From the human T2T-CHM13v2.0 reference genome, Homo sapiens, in NCBI RefSeq assembly GCF_009914755.1, contig NC_060927.1: a stretch of DNA of 64,000 nucleotides; one strand, 5' to 3'. Both the position numbers and the translations under genes were made by a program. The stretch's first letter is position 1, and each line of letters begins with the position of its first letter. The notes beneath the pieces are model-generated. The model had not been told where the DNA came from. It saw nothing but the letters and a program-made list of their open reading frames with translations, and ran no database searches. Shown in pieces: positions 1 to 10,639 of this stretch.

Positions 1-60
1 CTTTAGGCAAAAAGAGAATTTAGTATGATGGTTTTCTTTTATTTTTAAATCTGTTTTATT
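1..60 (-). pseudogene. Candidate exon reaching the window edge, NKTDLKIKENHHTKFSFCLK
   Basis: Strong acceptor cattttcctactttcaaactactttgtgcag|AAT. Only frame 0 is open. The donor lies outside the window. Confidence 0.5.
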
Positions 61-421
61 CTGCACAAAGTAGTTTGAAAGTAGGAAAATGAACTGCTCT
101 TGTCATAATAAAATACTAAAAATAAAGAGTAAAACTTGTTCCTAAACCACTGTATATTATTTTTGTCCATAGAGATTTTCCTAAAGCCTGATGTCATTAC
201 ACAGAGATTTTGTTAGGCAATGATACTTTTAACCTCAGGTGTTTTTTTTTTTTAATTTATTATTATTATTATTTTTTTGTCACAGTCAAAAGTGACAGCT
301 ACCCTTAAGTGGTATATATTGTCTTTGCATAGGAAAACACCATATCAGGTGCCTTATTACATTAATGATAAGTGCAAATGTTTAAAAAATAAATTGTCAG
401 AAATGCAATAACACTGTTTAC

Positions 422-525
422 CTCTCTAATATTTCTGGTTGGTAGACAGTTTGATCTTTGCCTGGAAAGTTAAAGGCACAGCAAGACTTATTACCTTATT
501 TTCAGATAATATTTTATCTTTCCCA
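422..525 (-). pseudogene. Candidate exon (104 nt; alternatively 495-525 or 422-461)
   Basis: Acceptors ttatccttttttcag|T (525) and tgtgcctttaactttccag|G (461); donors AAG|gtaata (495) and GAG|gtaaac (422). Read-through gives GKDKILSENKVISLAVPLTFQAKIKLSTNQKY*R. Confidence 0.45.
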
Positions 526-1157
526 CTGAAAAAAGGATAATTCCTTAATTGTAATATTCTAGAATTTTCTATATTCAATGGAAATATTTCTCATTTTGGT
601 ATAAATTATACTATGCAGTTAGAAAAATTAAGCAATTCACTCAGTATAGCTTTTTTCTGCTATATGACCAAATTTATATAGTCAGCCTTTCTAGGAATAA
701 GGCAATAAGTTGTTATTTTTATGTGATAAAAATAATGACTTCCATATAACTTAATGTTGAGGTAAATGGAATATTCACTCAAGTAATGAAACCAAGGAAT
801 GAAGAGAGATTTAATTATTAGTGAAATTACCTGCAAAACACTAAAGAAAACTCTTCTAATTTTAAAAAGTGTTAGACAACTCTAAAAAGTAGAATCATTT
901 CATACTGAAACAGTTATAAAAAGATAATTTCAATGATTTTAATGTTAGAAAGATACATATTATAAATATAGAGTCTTAATGCAATCTTAATCCACATCCA
1001 AAGCAAACATTATTTAAAATATGACAAAAATGTGAAATCTCTCTGGAATAATATAAGGACAAAAAAAATAAGCTAAAAGAATTTTGAGAAGGGAAGGATT
1101 TAAGGAAAAACTCAGCATTTCAGTTTTCCTGAGAAATTCAAACAAGGTGTTAAATAG

Positions 1158-1353
1158 TGTATTAGTCCGAGTTTTCCAGACATAACAAACAGTAGAGCAA
1201 GACCGAGCAAGAGAGAGAGAGAGAGAATTTATGAATTAATTAGGGAACTTGGCTTACACAATTATGGAGGTTGAGAAGTCCCACGACAGGCTGTCTACAA
1301 GCTGGACACCTTGGGATGCTGGTAGCACCTTTCTGGTACCAAAATATGTATTG
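1158..1353 (-). mobile_element. MLT2 (ERVL) LTR fragment plus internal/LTR junction
   Basis: tgtattagtcc...ttggcttacacaattatggaggttgagaagtcccac matches the MLT2 LTR end; ttctggtaccaaaatatgtatt resembles the int-LTR junction. Confidence 0.65.
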
Positions 1354-1598
1354 GTACCAGCATAGAGAAATAGAAAGATTACAGAGAGAAACACAGAAAT
1401 AATTTAAAACAGGGCGAACATATATGAGAATTTCAAGTATGATAAAGGTGACCTTTCAATTTATTGAGTGAAAGATGAGTTATTTTATATATTGTGGTAA
1501 CTGGGGAGCCATTTAAAAAAATAAATTTGGATTCATAAGACACAGCTTTTCCCAGACAAAATTACAAATAAATCAAGGTTTAAAATTTTCAGAAAATA

Positions 1599-3650
1599 TA
1601 AGACCACTTTTACGATATTGATTCTTCCTATCCATGAGCATGGAATGTTTTTGCATTTGTTTATGTCCTCTCTTATTTCCTTGAGCAGTGATTTATAGCT
1701 CTTCTTGAAGAGGCCCTTCACTTCCCTTGTTAGCTGTATTCCTAGGTATTTTACTGTCTTTGTAGCAGTTGTGAATGGGAGTTCATTTATGATTTGGCTC
1801 TCTGCTTGTCTATTGTTGGTGTATACAAATGCTTGTGATTTTTCCACATTGATTTTGTATCCTGAGACTTTGCTGAAGTTTCTTATCAGCTTAAGGAGCT
1901 TTTGGGCTGAGACAATGGGGTTTTCTAGACATAGGATAATGTCATCTGCAAACAGAGACAGTTTTGACTTCCTCTCTTCCTATTTGAATACCCTTTATCT
2001 CTTTATCTTGCCTGATTGCTGTGGCCAGAACTTCCAATACTATATTGAATAAGAGTAGTGAGAAAGGGCATCCTTGTCTTGTGCCAGTTTTCAAGGAAAG
2101 GGGCAATGCTATTCCCATTAAATTACCATTGATGTTCTTCACAAAATTAGGAAAACTACTTTAAAATTCATATGGAACCAAAAAAGAGCTCATATAGCCA
2201 AGAAAATCCTAAGCAAAAGAACAAAGCTGGAGGCATCACATTTTCCAACTTCAAACTATACTACAAGGCTACAGTAACCAGAACAGCATGGTACTGGCAC
2301 AAAAACAAAAACATAGACCAATGGAACAGAATAGAGATCTCAGAAATAAGACCACACATCTATAGCCATCTGATCTTTGATAAACCTGACAAAAACAAGC
2401 AATGGGAAAAGGATTCCCTATTTAATAAATAGTGCTGGGAAAACTGCCTATCGATATGCACAAAATTGAAATTGGACCCCTTCCTTACGCCTTATACAAA
2501 AATTAACTCAAGATGGATTACAGACTTAAATGTAAAACCTAAAAAAGCCCCAGAAGAAAATGTAGGCAATACCATTCAGGACATAGGCACAGGCAAAGAT
2601 TTCATGACAGAAACAACAAAAGCAATTGCAACAAAAGCAAAAATTGACAAATGGGGTCCAATTAAACTAAAGAGCTTCTGCACAGAAAAAGAAACTATCA
2701 TCAGAGTGAACAGAAAGGCTATAGAATGGGAGAAAATTTTTGCAATCTATCCATCTGACAAAGTTCTAATATTTAGAATCTAAAAGGAACTTAAATTTAC
2801 AAGAAATAAACAACCCCATTAAAAGTGGGCAAAAGACATGAACAGATACTTCTCAAAAGAAGACATTTATCTGGCCAACAAACATCTGAATAAAAGCTCA
2901 ACATCACTGATCATTACAGAAATGCAGATCCAAACCACAATGAGATACCATCTCATGCCAGTCAGCATGGTGATTATTAAAAAGTCAAGAAAAAACATGC
3001 TGGTGAGGCTGTGGAGAAATAGGAACAGTTTTACACTGTTGGTAGGAATGTAAATTAGTTCAACTATTGTGGCAATTCCTCAAAGACCTAGAACCAGAAA
3101 TACCACTTGACCCAGCAATCCCATTACTGGATATATATCCAAAGGAATATAAATTATTCTATTATAAAGATACATGCACATGTATGTTCATTACAGCGCT
3201 ATTCACAATAGCAGTGACATGAAATCAACCCAAATGCCCATCAATGATAGACTGGATAAAGAAAATGTGGTACGTATACACCATGGAATACTATGCAGCC
3301 ATAAAAAGGAATGATAACATGTCCTTTGCAAGGACATAGATGGAGCTGGAAGCCTTTATCCTCAGCAAACTAACACAACAACAGAAAACCAAACACTACA
3401 TGTTCTCCCTTATAAGTGAGAGCTGAACAATGAGAACACATGGACACAGGGAGGGGAACAACACACACTGGGCCTGTCAGTGGGGATGGGGGGAGCGAGA
3501 GCATTAAAATAAATAGCTAATGCCTGTGGGGTTTAATACCTAGGTGATGGGTTGATAGGTACAGCAAACCATCATGGAACACATTTACCTATGTAACAAA
3601 CCTGCACGTCCTGCACATGTATCCTAGAACTTAAAATTAAATTAAATTTT
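1599..3650 (+). mobile_element. 5'-truncated, 5'-inverted L1PA (older, roughly L1PA8-13)
   Basis: Antisense ORF2 at 1599-~2104 and sense ORF2 plus 3'UTR at ~2105-3650 (ORF track 2172-3053). 17-bp TSD aaaattttcagaaaata at 1582-1598 and 3651-3667, at a TT/AAAA site. Confidence 0.93.
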
Positions 3651-4043
3651 AAAATTTTCAGAAAATAAAACTGTAAAATTGCCATAAGAAATAAAGGGAA
3701 AATATTTTAAATTGTACATAAGCCAACACAAGCAAAGTTTAAAGGCAAAGATAAACTAAAATATAGATGATATAGGTATAAGGGAATATATGGACATACA
3801 ATGATATATATGAGACTCAGAAAATAAAAAGGCTAAAATTTCCCTAAAATCTGAAAAGGTTTTAAGAATCAAGGAAAATAGACATTCATGCATTGCTGAT
3901 GGCAATGTGAATTGATAACAACTTCGTAGGTTGGTACCTATCCCTCTATCATGTGTAGGAAGGATACATACAGAAAGACAGTCAAACACATTTATATAAA
4001 TTATCAGTGCATTGTTTGAAGAGGGGAAACAATGTAATCAACT

Positions 4044-4392
4044 ATGTCAGGGCCCTCTTTTTTTTTTTTTTTTTTTTAAAGTGTTCCTCTTATCTATTGA
4101 AATTACCTGAGCATTCTCCACTTGACGGTTTTCTCTCCAGACCTGCCCTTAAGGCACAATACAAGTACTAGGGCATTAGCACTCTGGGAAGACCCCAGCA
4201 GGGAGAAATGGAAGTGTGAGGATAGCATCCCCAGCTTCCTAACCTCAGCAGTCAGTGGTCTCTAACACACCCTGTTCTGATTTCCTTCCCCTTCCTCTTA
4301 CTTTCCCATAACCTTGCAGGGTCCCTCCCAGTGAACCACAGAAACAAGAGTCCTTGTCTAGGTATCTGCTTCTCAGGAAACACAACATAAAA
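4044..4392 (+). mobile_element. LTR16-family (ERVL) solo LTR
   Basis: ccccagcttcct, aacacaccctg..ttccttccccttcc and the terminal tccttgtctagg.atctgcttc match LTR16 motifs. Confidence 0.65.
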
Positions 4393-4718
4393 TGCTGGAT
4401 GTACAGGAAACAAGCAAGAGAGAAGTTTCTCACAGTAGTTTCTGTTCCTTTCAATTTCAAATATATTACTATTAAAAATTCAAATATCGCATGCTAGGAA
4501 TTGGTTTATAGGACTAGGCACATTAATATCCTGAGCTCTAGGAACTACCTTTTGGAATTTGGGCATCCCCCTAAAATACGGCCTACCAGTTATGTAAAAA
4601 AAATTTTTTTTGAAGTAGGTTATTTCCACAAATGACTCATTTGTCACCTACATTTTTTTTTTTTTTACATGTTAGAGAAGACTTATCCTTCAGCTTTGAG
4701 GTCAAATTTTGCTGTTAC

Positions 4719-4800
4719 CTTATGTATTGATTTTATTTCCCTCCCTGTATTTTGTAAATAAAATGTTGGTGACAGTTGCCTAATCTAACATCAAATTGAG
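4719..4800 (-). pseudogene. Candidate 82-nt exon, phase 1-2, (A)QFDVRLGNCHQHFIYKIQGGK*NQYI
   Basis: Acceptor aaatacttcatag|CT and donor AAG|gtaaca. One in-frame TAA. Confidence 0.45.
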
Positions 4801-5057
4801 CTATGAAGTATTTGTTATAAATTTATTCTAGTAGCCAAGCTCATCTAATTAACTCTTTCTCTGCATATTCCTAACAATGCATTTTATTTTAGAAATATCT
4901 GGTTATATCTAGTTATTTAAGGACCTATGGCTTCTGCACATCTTTTCACTACCAGTTTGGATGCCATTTTCCTCATCCCCGCCCACTCTTCTAGAGATAA
5001 GTCAATTTAAACTTCAGGGACTTCACAAGGTCTCAATTGATGAAATTCCATACAATA

Positions 5058-5180
5058 GAGCTGGGGTCAGATGCCCCAGATTCAAATTCTAATCTCACCA
5101 CTAGTAAGTGGCCTGTAAAACACTGTGCACAAATGTAACCTGAACGTGCCTCAGAGAGTCATAGTATTAACTATGAGGAA
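5058..5180 (+). mobile_element. MIR fragment
   Basis: ggtcagatgccccagattcaaattctaatctcaccact resembles the MIR tRNA-derived head. Confidence 0.5.
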
Positions 5181-5270
5181 GATGATGATAATGAGAATGT
5201 GTCATTGGGCTATTTTTATCATGTGTTGTACATGTCAGATTCCCCATCAGAATATAATACATAAATTTAC

Positions 5271-5490
5271 CTGTACTTAGCTGTCATATGAGCTCTGACA
5301 GAACTGAGATACGTATTTTAGTTTTAGTTTGGAGATGCCAGGAAATACTAGTTTTGTCTTTACATTTTGTTGCCTTTTTTTTTTTCTTTAAAGGTGATGT
5401 CTACTCTTAGAGTCAGATTTATGGCACTTTTTCTGTATTTAAGATGAATCTCCATATCTTCAATAATTTTGTTTCATTTGAAAATATAGT
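5271..5490 (-). pseudogene. Candidate 220-nt exon (218 nt after removing two inserted A), disabled
   Basis: Acceptor tttttttttgtctgaaacacacag|A and donor CAG|gtaaat. Frameshifts at AAA 5472-5474 and in the A11 run 5375-5385. In-frame TGA at 5284-5286. Confidence 0.5.
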
Positions 5491-5609
5491 CTGTGTGTTT
5501 CAGACAAAAAAAAATATATATATACACCACATGGGTAGTGTTAAATGGCATGCTTGAATTTTACATCTGTGAAATTCTACTAATTCCACTAATTATTTTA
5601 TTCTACATT

Positions 5610-6615
5610 TCAAACTATCTCTCTCTACCAAGTTTCAAACTGAGATTTTCAACTGCACATGCTAATCTATATTTATCATAGACAACATAAACTCAGCATT
5701 TCCAAAATTTTACTCAAGATAGTCTCTTCTTCTCTCCCATCAACCTTTTTTTTTGTGTTCCTTTCATATCCTTTTTCTATGTTGCTGTCAATACTATACA
5801 CACAGCCCTCAACCTGGGATCTATCTTTAACTCCTTATATTCATTAATGCTTCCAAAAACTCATCAGTCGTCACCTCTTGATGATTTTACAAATTGTGTT
5901 TTAAATTATGTCCCTGGCTTTCCCTTTTCTAATTCCACTAATTTCCTTAACTCAAGCCATGATTATTTCTCATCTGTATGATTATAGTAATCGGCTATAA
6001 TCCCATTTTCCATTGTTACTCATCTCTCCCCAAACTGCCTTGGTGAAATTATAATCCTGTAATCATATTCTTTAAAATCTCTCCGTAGGGAACCCACCAC
6101 CTATAAAAGAAAGATTGGAGTACTCAACATAGCAAGCAAGTTTCTCTGAAATTTTGCCTTTCTATCTCTGTAGACAAATCCTAATGTTCTTCCATTCCTT
6201 CTACTTTACAAATTAGTACTACTGAGTAAATTTGTAGCTACTTCTAGCACTATGCTGTTGTTGTCAATTCACATATCTATTCTCTTTGTGCAGAATTTCT
6301 TTCACCATCTTATCCCTCTATTAACTCCTAATTATCTTTCAAAAATCCAACTGAAGTTTAACATCTGTGATATCTTCATTGTTCCACACAGAAAAATAAA
6401 ATGAATACTCCCTCTCTGTACTCTGCAACAGAAACTTCATATGCTAACCTCTGCTACAGAATTTATTTCGCTATTTTATCACTGGTAGTTTGAATGTCTA
6501 ACAAACCTACTGTAATATTAGTAAGTTATAGATAGCAATTATTCATTATTTGAGCACTACATTCTACCCGAGTATGGCACATCATGTGCACTCAATGAAT
6601 AATTCTTAATCTGAA
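5610..6615 (+). mobile_element. L2 3' region relic
   Basis: C/T-rich L2 motifs ending in ggcacatcatgtgcactcaatgaat, the typical L2 3' end. Confidence 0.6.
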
Positions 6616-6732
6616 CTGAACTGTAAACCACAGTACTTTGACTCCTTCAGACCCATGAGGTCAGACACAACTTTCAGTGAAATAAATCACAGCATATGTG
6701 AGTTTAAATCACTATATAAAAGTATATCTCAC

Positions 6733-6764
6733 TTATCCTCTTGATATTTTGCTTTTGTTATTTT
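6733..6764 (-). pseudogene. Candidate 32-nt exon, phase 0-2, KITKAKYQED(K)
   Basis: Strong acceptor ttgttttgtttttaattctcctgtag|AAA and donor TAA|gtgaga. Confidence 0.55.
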
Positions 6765-7399
6765 CTACAGGAGAATTAAAAACAAAACAACTGCATAATA
6801 ACAAAGACAACATATCCTTGAATGATTGATTTATGGATGTGGTCTTTATTTTGTATATGCTTTCTAAATTCAGTTCAGAAATTATAAAGAAAGCAAGATG
6901 TAAAATTTTAGTCAACTTATAAAATGTATTGTAAAACAATTTTTAATATTATTTCTAACACAGTCTGACTATTTTATGTGTTATAGACACATAAAAATAA
7001 CATTTAAAGTTATTTTTCCCCCAACACTGTCTTAATTTATTGGAAAGAACACTGGACAATTTACTGTTTACTTGTCCATTAAAACCAGTGCAAGGCACTC
7101 TTAGTTTCCCAATCATTTAATTGGTATGATATTGTACAAGAAATTTTTAATGATTCAAATTTAGTAATAGACATTAAAATAATTGGATACCTCCAAAACT
7201 AAATATCAACTATTTAGTAATATGTGTTAAGCATTTAAATATAAATGAGGAAGTATAAAACTCTAATATGAAAATGGCTTATTATACTTAGAAAATATTT
7301 TTATAACAGAAATCAAATAGTTAACTATATACTGATAATAGTTACTGAATTAATTTAAAAATTGGTAGTTTACTGGTAACATATTTAAGTACTACTTAC

Positions 7400-7444
7400 A
7401 TCTTTAATTATCTTTTTTATTTCTTTATTCCCGAAGCTACTCCA
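7400..7444 (-). pseudogene. Candidate 45-nt exon, phase 0-0, WSSFGNKEIKKIIKD
   Basis: Acceptor tcttctaattag|TGG and consensus donor GAT|gtaagt. Only frame 0 is open. Confidence 0.6.
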
Positions 7445-7523
7445 CTAATTAGAAGATACATTTTAGTATAATTTCTGTAATACTCAGTGTAAGTACTCAG
7501 AAAAAAGTATAATCAGCAAATAC

Positions 7524-7644
7524 ATTTTGACAGAATGAGACCCTGGGGAAAATGTCTAATAAAATTTATGATGAACAAACAAAATGTTTTTAGTAACCAC
7601 CTTTGTAATTTAAAAACAATAAAACAAAATTAGAAGATGAGCAT
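7524..7644 (-). pseudogene. Candidate exon 1 (ATG at 7644, or internal acceptor at 7601); hydrophobic N-terminus
   Basis: aaaATG at 7644 is in frame with WLLKTFCLFII, but TAA occurs at codon 5. One extra A near 7566 shifts to ILLDIFPRVSFCQN. Donor AAT|gtattt is weak. A 79-nt intron leads to the next exon. Confidence 0.4.
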
Positions 7645-7937
7645 TTTTCAAAGTTGTTGACTTAACTGTTTACAGTAACCACTATAAGTCACTGAATTAC
7701 TTTATAATAACTTTGAACTATCAAATAATAACTAACAATAATATTGTGAAGTTTCACGAATACATCTGTGAACACTATTATTTATCCTAAAGATTCATTA
7801 ATAAATCTTTAGAAAACAGGTTGATTATATAACTCTTTTGGTTAAAAGACTTCCGTGGCCTTTTTCAAAATAAAGCCAAAATCTTTATCCCTCACTCCCA
7901 CCCCCACAACTCCTCTCTTTCTACATTTTCAATACTA

Positions 7938-8500
7938 TATTGGTTAGAAGTGTTTGTATTGCAAATGTCAGAAAAACCCAACTCAAATAAGTTTATTCAA
8001 TAAAAGAAATACTTTCTTACAGAGGATTTGCTGGCAGGCAATGGGTGTTGTGAAAGACGTTACTGAACACACATCAACTTGGAAAAGCCATTTCAATTTG
8101 GAAAAGACAGCCTCTACGGACCACTGAGAACCACTAAAATATTTGGGAAAGAGACTGAGATGAAAATGAATTTCATGAAGTATACCTGAGTCTCGAATAA
8201 TGGGGAAGCTCAATGTAAGCATGATTGATTTTCACCTGTGGGGTATTTGAGAACAACATGTATGATTTTGATCTTCATTATTGCCCTCAAAATTGATGCT
8301 CAAAAATATGATTATAGGCAAAAAAAAAAGAGTCTGGTCACACTACCTTGGTTGTTACTGCTAGTGGTGGTAAATTTGAAGTCAGTTATCTCAAATGAGA
8401 GAAAGAGCATTGACATACCCTTCCAGCTTAAACATAGTAAGTCCTCAACAAGTGCTGATCCTCAGATGAATTTTTAATGGATCCTCTCTCAACTAGATTA
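7938..8500 (-). mobile_element. Old MLT1 (K/L-like) LTR relic
   Basis: tattggttag...ttgcaaatgtcagaaaaacccaactcaaa matches the MLT1K/L terminus. The right boundary is approximate. Confidence 0.5.
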
Positions 8501-9202
8501 TAACTTAAATTATTGGCATCTAAAGTGTCCGTCAAGTGTTTTAAATATATAAATTATTCCATAAATATTAACTGTTTGTTATTCCTTGAAATAGCTTAAG
8601 CAACGAATCTGCCAAACTCTTTGAGATTCATTTGTATGGTACAATGAAGATTACAAAAATCCATGTTCTTTGTACAGCTAACCCTGATATCTTTCTTGTA
8701 AAGTATCCACTTCCTAACACACAAACAGTAGGTACCTAGCTATCCTTTCCCACCTGGAGACAGCTTGATCAACCTGATGAGTAACATAGAAGGAGAGGTG
8801 GTATTAGGTGCCATGGGACTAGCTGCCTTCCCAATTCTGGTAAGTTAGTGTTTTTTGCAAGTCTGGATGCTGAAGTGCCAAAACTTGAAAAATATTTCCT
8901 CTATTTCTCTTCTCCATGCTGAAACATGGAAGTATTGATGTTACATAAAGTCTATTTCTTGAAGACAGGAACTCTTGCAACCTAAAACACTTTTCTCTTG
9001 GATAAAGGTGTTAAAATGGATGAATCTAAGCAAAATTTCAAATACATCTTTGAAGTTCTGTCATTATCCTGTTACATTCCCTCTCTAACCTTGTTTGTAG
9101 TTCCTCAAGCTCTAGCTGTTGTCTCTGGCTGCCCTAATCTCTCTAAAGACTTGACCATACACAGCCTCTTGCACTCTGAACCAAATCATCATTTGGATTA
9201 CA

Positions 9203-9206
<4 letters not shown>

Positions 9207-9239
<33 letters not shown>
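9207..9239. repeat. (CA)n microsatellite
   Basis: Perfect CA run of about 16 units. Confidence 0.95.
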
Positions 9240-9244
<5 letters not shown>

Positions 9245-9259
9245 CTCTGGGTCAATATT

Positions 9260-10635
9260 TTGATTTGTTTTTTGTATGCAGATATCAAGTTGCTCCAGCA
9301 CCATTTACCTTTTCTTTCCCTTTTTGAATTGCATTGGCAACTTCAAAGAAATTTAAAAATTCAAATGACTGGATTGTATTTAGAATCTATTGTATTCCAT
9401 TGATTCGTTTATCTTTCCTCATTCAATACCACACTGACTTTATTACTGTGGCTTTATTATAAGTTTTGAAATCCAAAGGAATATTTCTACAATCTTGGTT
9501 CTTCTTTTTGAGATCTGTTTGGCTATTCCAAGTCCTTTACAATTTTTTATTTGTCTTAGAGTAAGATTTTCAAAACAAAACAAAATATATTGTTCAAAAC
9601 AAAACAATAATAAACAAAACAGCAAAAGAAACACCCACTAGAATTTTGAATGAGAATACACCGGATTTATAACTCAATTTAGGGAGAATTAATATCTCAA
9701 CAATATTTAGTCTTCCAATCACTATAGTTCATTTCTCCACATACTTAGAGTGTAATTTTTCTTAGCAATGTTTTGTATATTTAATGTTGAGATCTCACTC
9801 ATTTTTATTTGTTTCTACCTAATGATTCCATTATTTCATTTCCAATTCTTTGTTGCTAGCATATAGAAATACAACAGATTTTTGCACATGAACCTTGTAT
9901 CCTTCAACTTTACTAGATTCATTTATAAATTCTAAAATGTATAAGATCCTTTTATTTTTTCCCGTGTACACAATTATTCCATCTGCAAATAAAGATGGGT
10001 ATATATCTTCCTTTCTAATTTTATGCCTTATTATTTTCATGACCTATTATACCAACTAGGACCTCCAATAAAATAGAGAACAGATGTAGTGATAGTGGAC
10101 ATCCATGCTATAGTCCTGATTTGCGTGGAGTGGAGAACACGATTAAGTATGATACAGGTTGAGCATTTTTAATCTGAAAATCTAAAATCCAAAATTCAAA
10201 ACTGTTTGAGTTCCAACATAATCCTCAAAGAAAATGCACTGGAACATTTTGGATTTCAGGTTTTTCATATTAGGGATGTTCAACCAGTTAAGTATCTGCA
10301 AATATTTCAAAATCTAAAGAAGTCTGAAATCCAAAACACTTCTGGTCCCAATCATTTTGGATAAGGGATAATCAATCTATATACATATTTTATACGTATC
10401 CTTTATCAAATTGGATTGAAGAAGTTTCCTCCTATGCATAGTTTTTTTTTAAATAAATGGAGTGGGATTTTATCCATTTCTTTTTCTGCATTTATTGATA
10501 TAATTATACAAGTTTTTTTTTCTCTAATATTCTGTGGTCACATTTTTTTTGCTTTTTGAATCCTAACCTGGCATTTCTGATTTTTGAATGTTAAACCAAC
10601 ATTTTATTTCAGGAAGAAACTCCCAGTTAGTTGTG
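9260..10635 (-). mobile_element. Old L1M ORF2 fragment
   Basis: Antisense L1 motifs; ORF 9831-10040 reads SLFADGIIVY...SKVEGYKVHVQKSVVFLY (degenerate RT). Confidence 0.8.
10155..10379 (+). mobile_element. Tigger4a (MER46A-type) MITE inserted in L1
   Basis: Terminal inverted repeats caggttgagcat...gataatcaatct, flanked by TA; internal aaacacttctggtccca. Confidence 0.85.
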
Positions 10636-10639
10636 ATAA

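Larger units (their letters stand above)
950..4040 (+). mobile_element. Old L1M (L1ME-like) ORF2/3' relic, interrupted by MLT2 and an L1PA
   Basis: Degenerate L1 ORF2 motifs at about 950-1157, 1354-1598 and 3651-4040. Confidence 0.55.
1..7644 (-). pseudogene. Candidate unprocessed (intron-containing) pseudogene, 5' part; predicted secreted/membrane protein, unidentified
   Basis: Seven exon-like blocks with AG/GT ends and chained phases. Reconstructed peptide: MLIF*FCFIVFKLQRWLLKTFCLFII/ILLDIFPRVSFCQN-WSSFGNKEIKKIIKD-KITKAKYQEDK-LYFQM/NKIIEDMEIHLKYRKSAINLTLRVDITFKEKK/ATKCKDKTSISWHLQTKTKIRISVLSELI*QLST-AQFDVRLGNCHQHFIYKIQGGK*NQYI-...-NKTDLKIKENHHTKFSFCLK (/ = +1 frameshift, * = stop). Manual inference only, no homology search. 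Confidence 0.5.

Noticed and set aside
4549-4582. Additional tiny minus-strand exon (PYFRGMPKFQK) for the relic gene
   Set aside because: Weak acceptor and donor, and not required for phase continuity.
6733-6939. 68-aa minus-strand ORF
   Set aside because: Mostly polypyrimidine/intron-like sequence. It overlaps the 32-nt candidate exon in a different frame.
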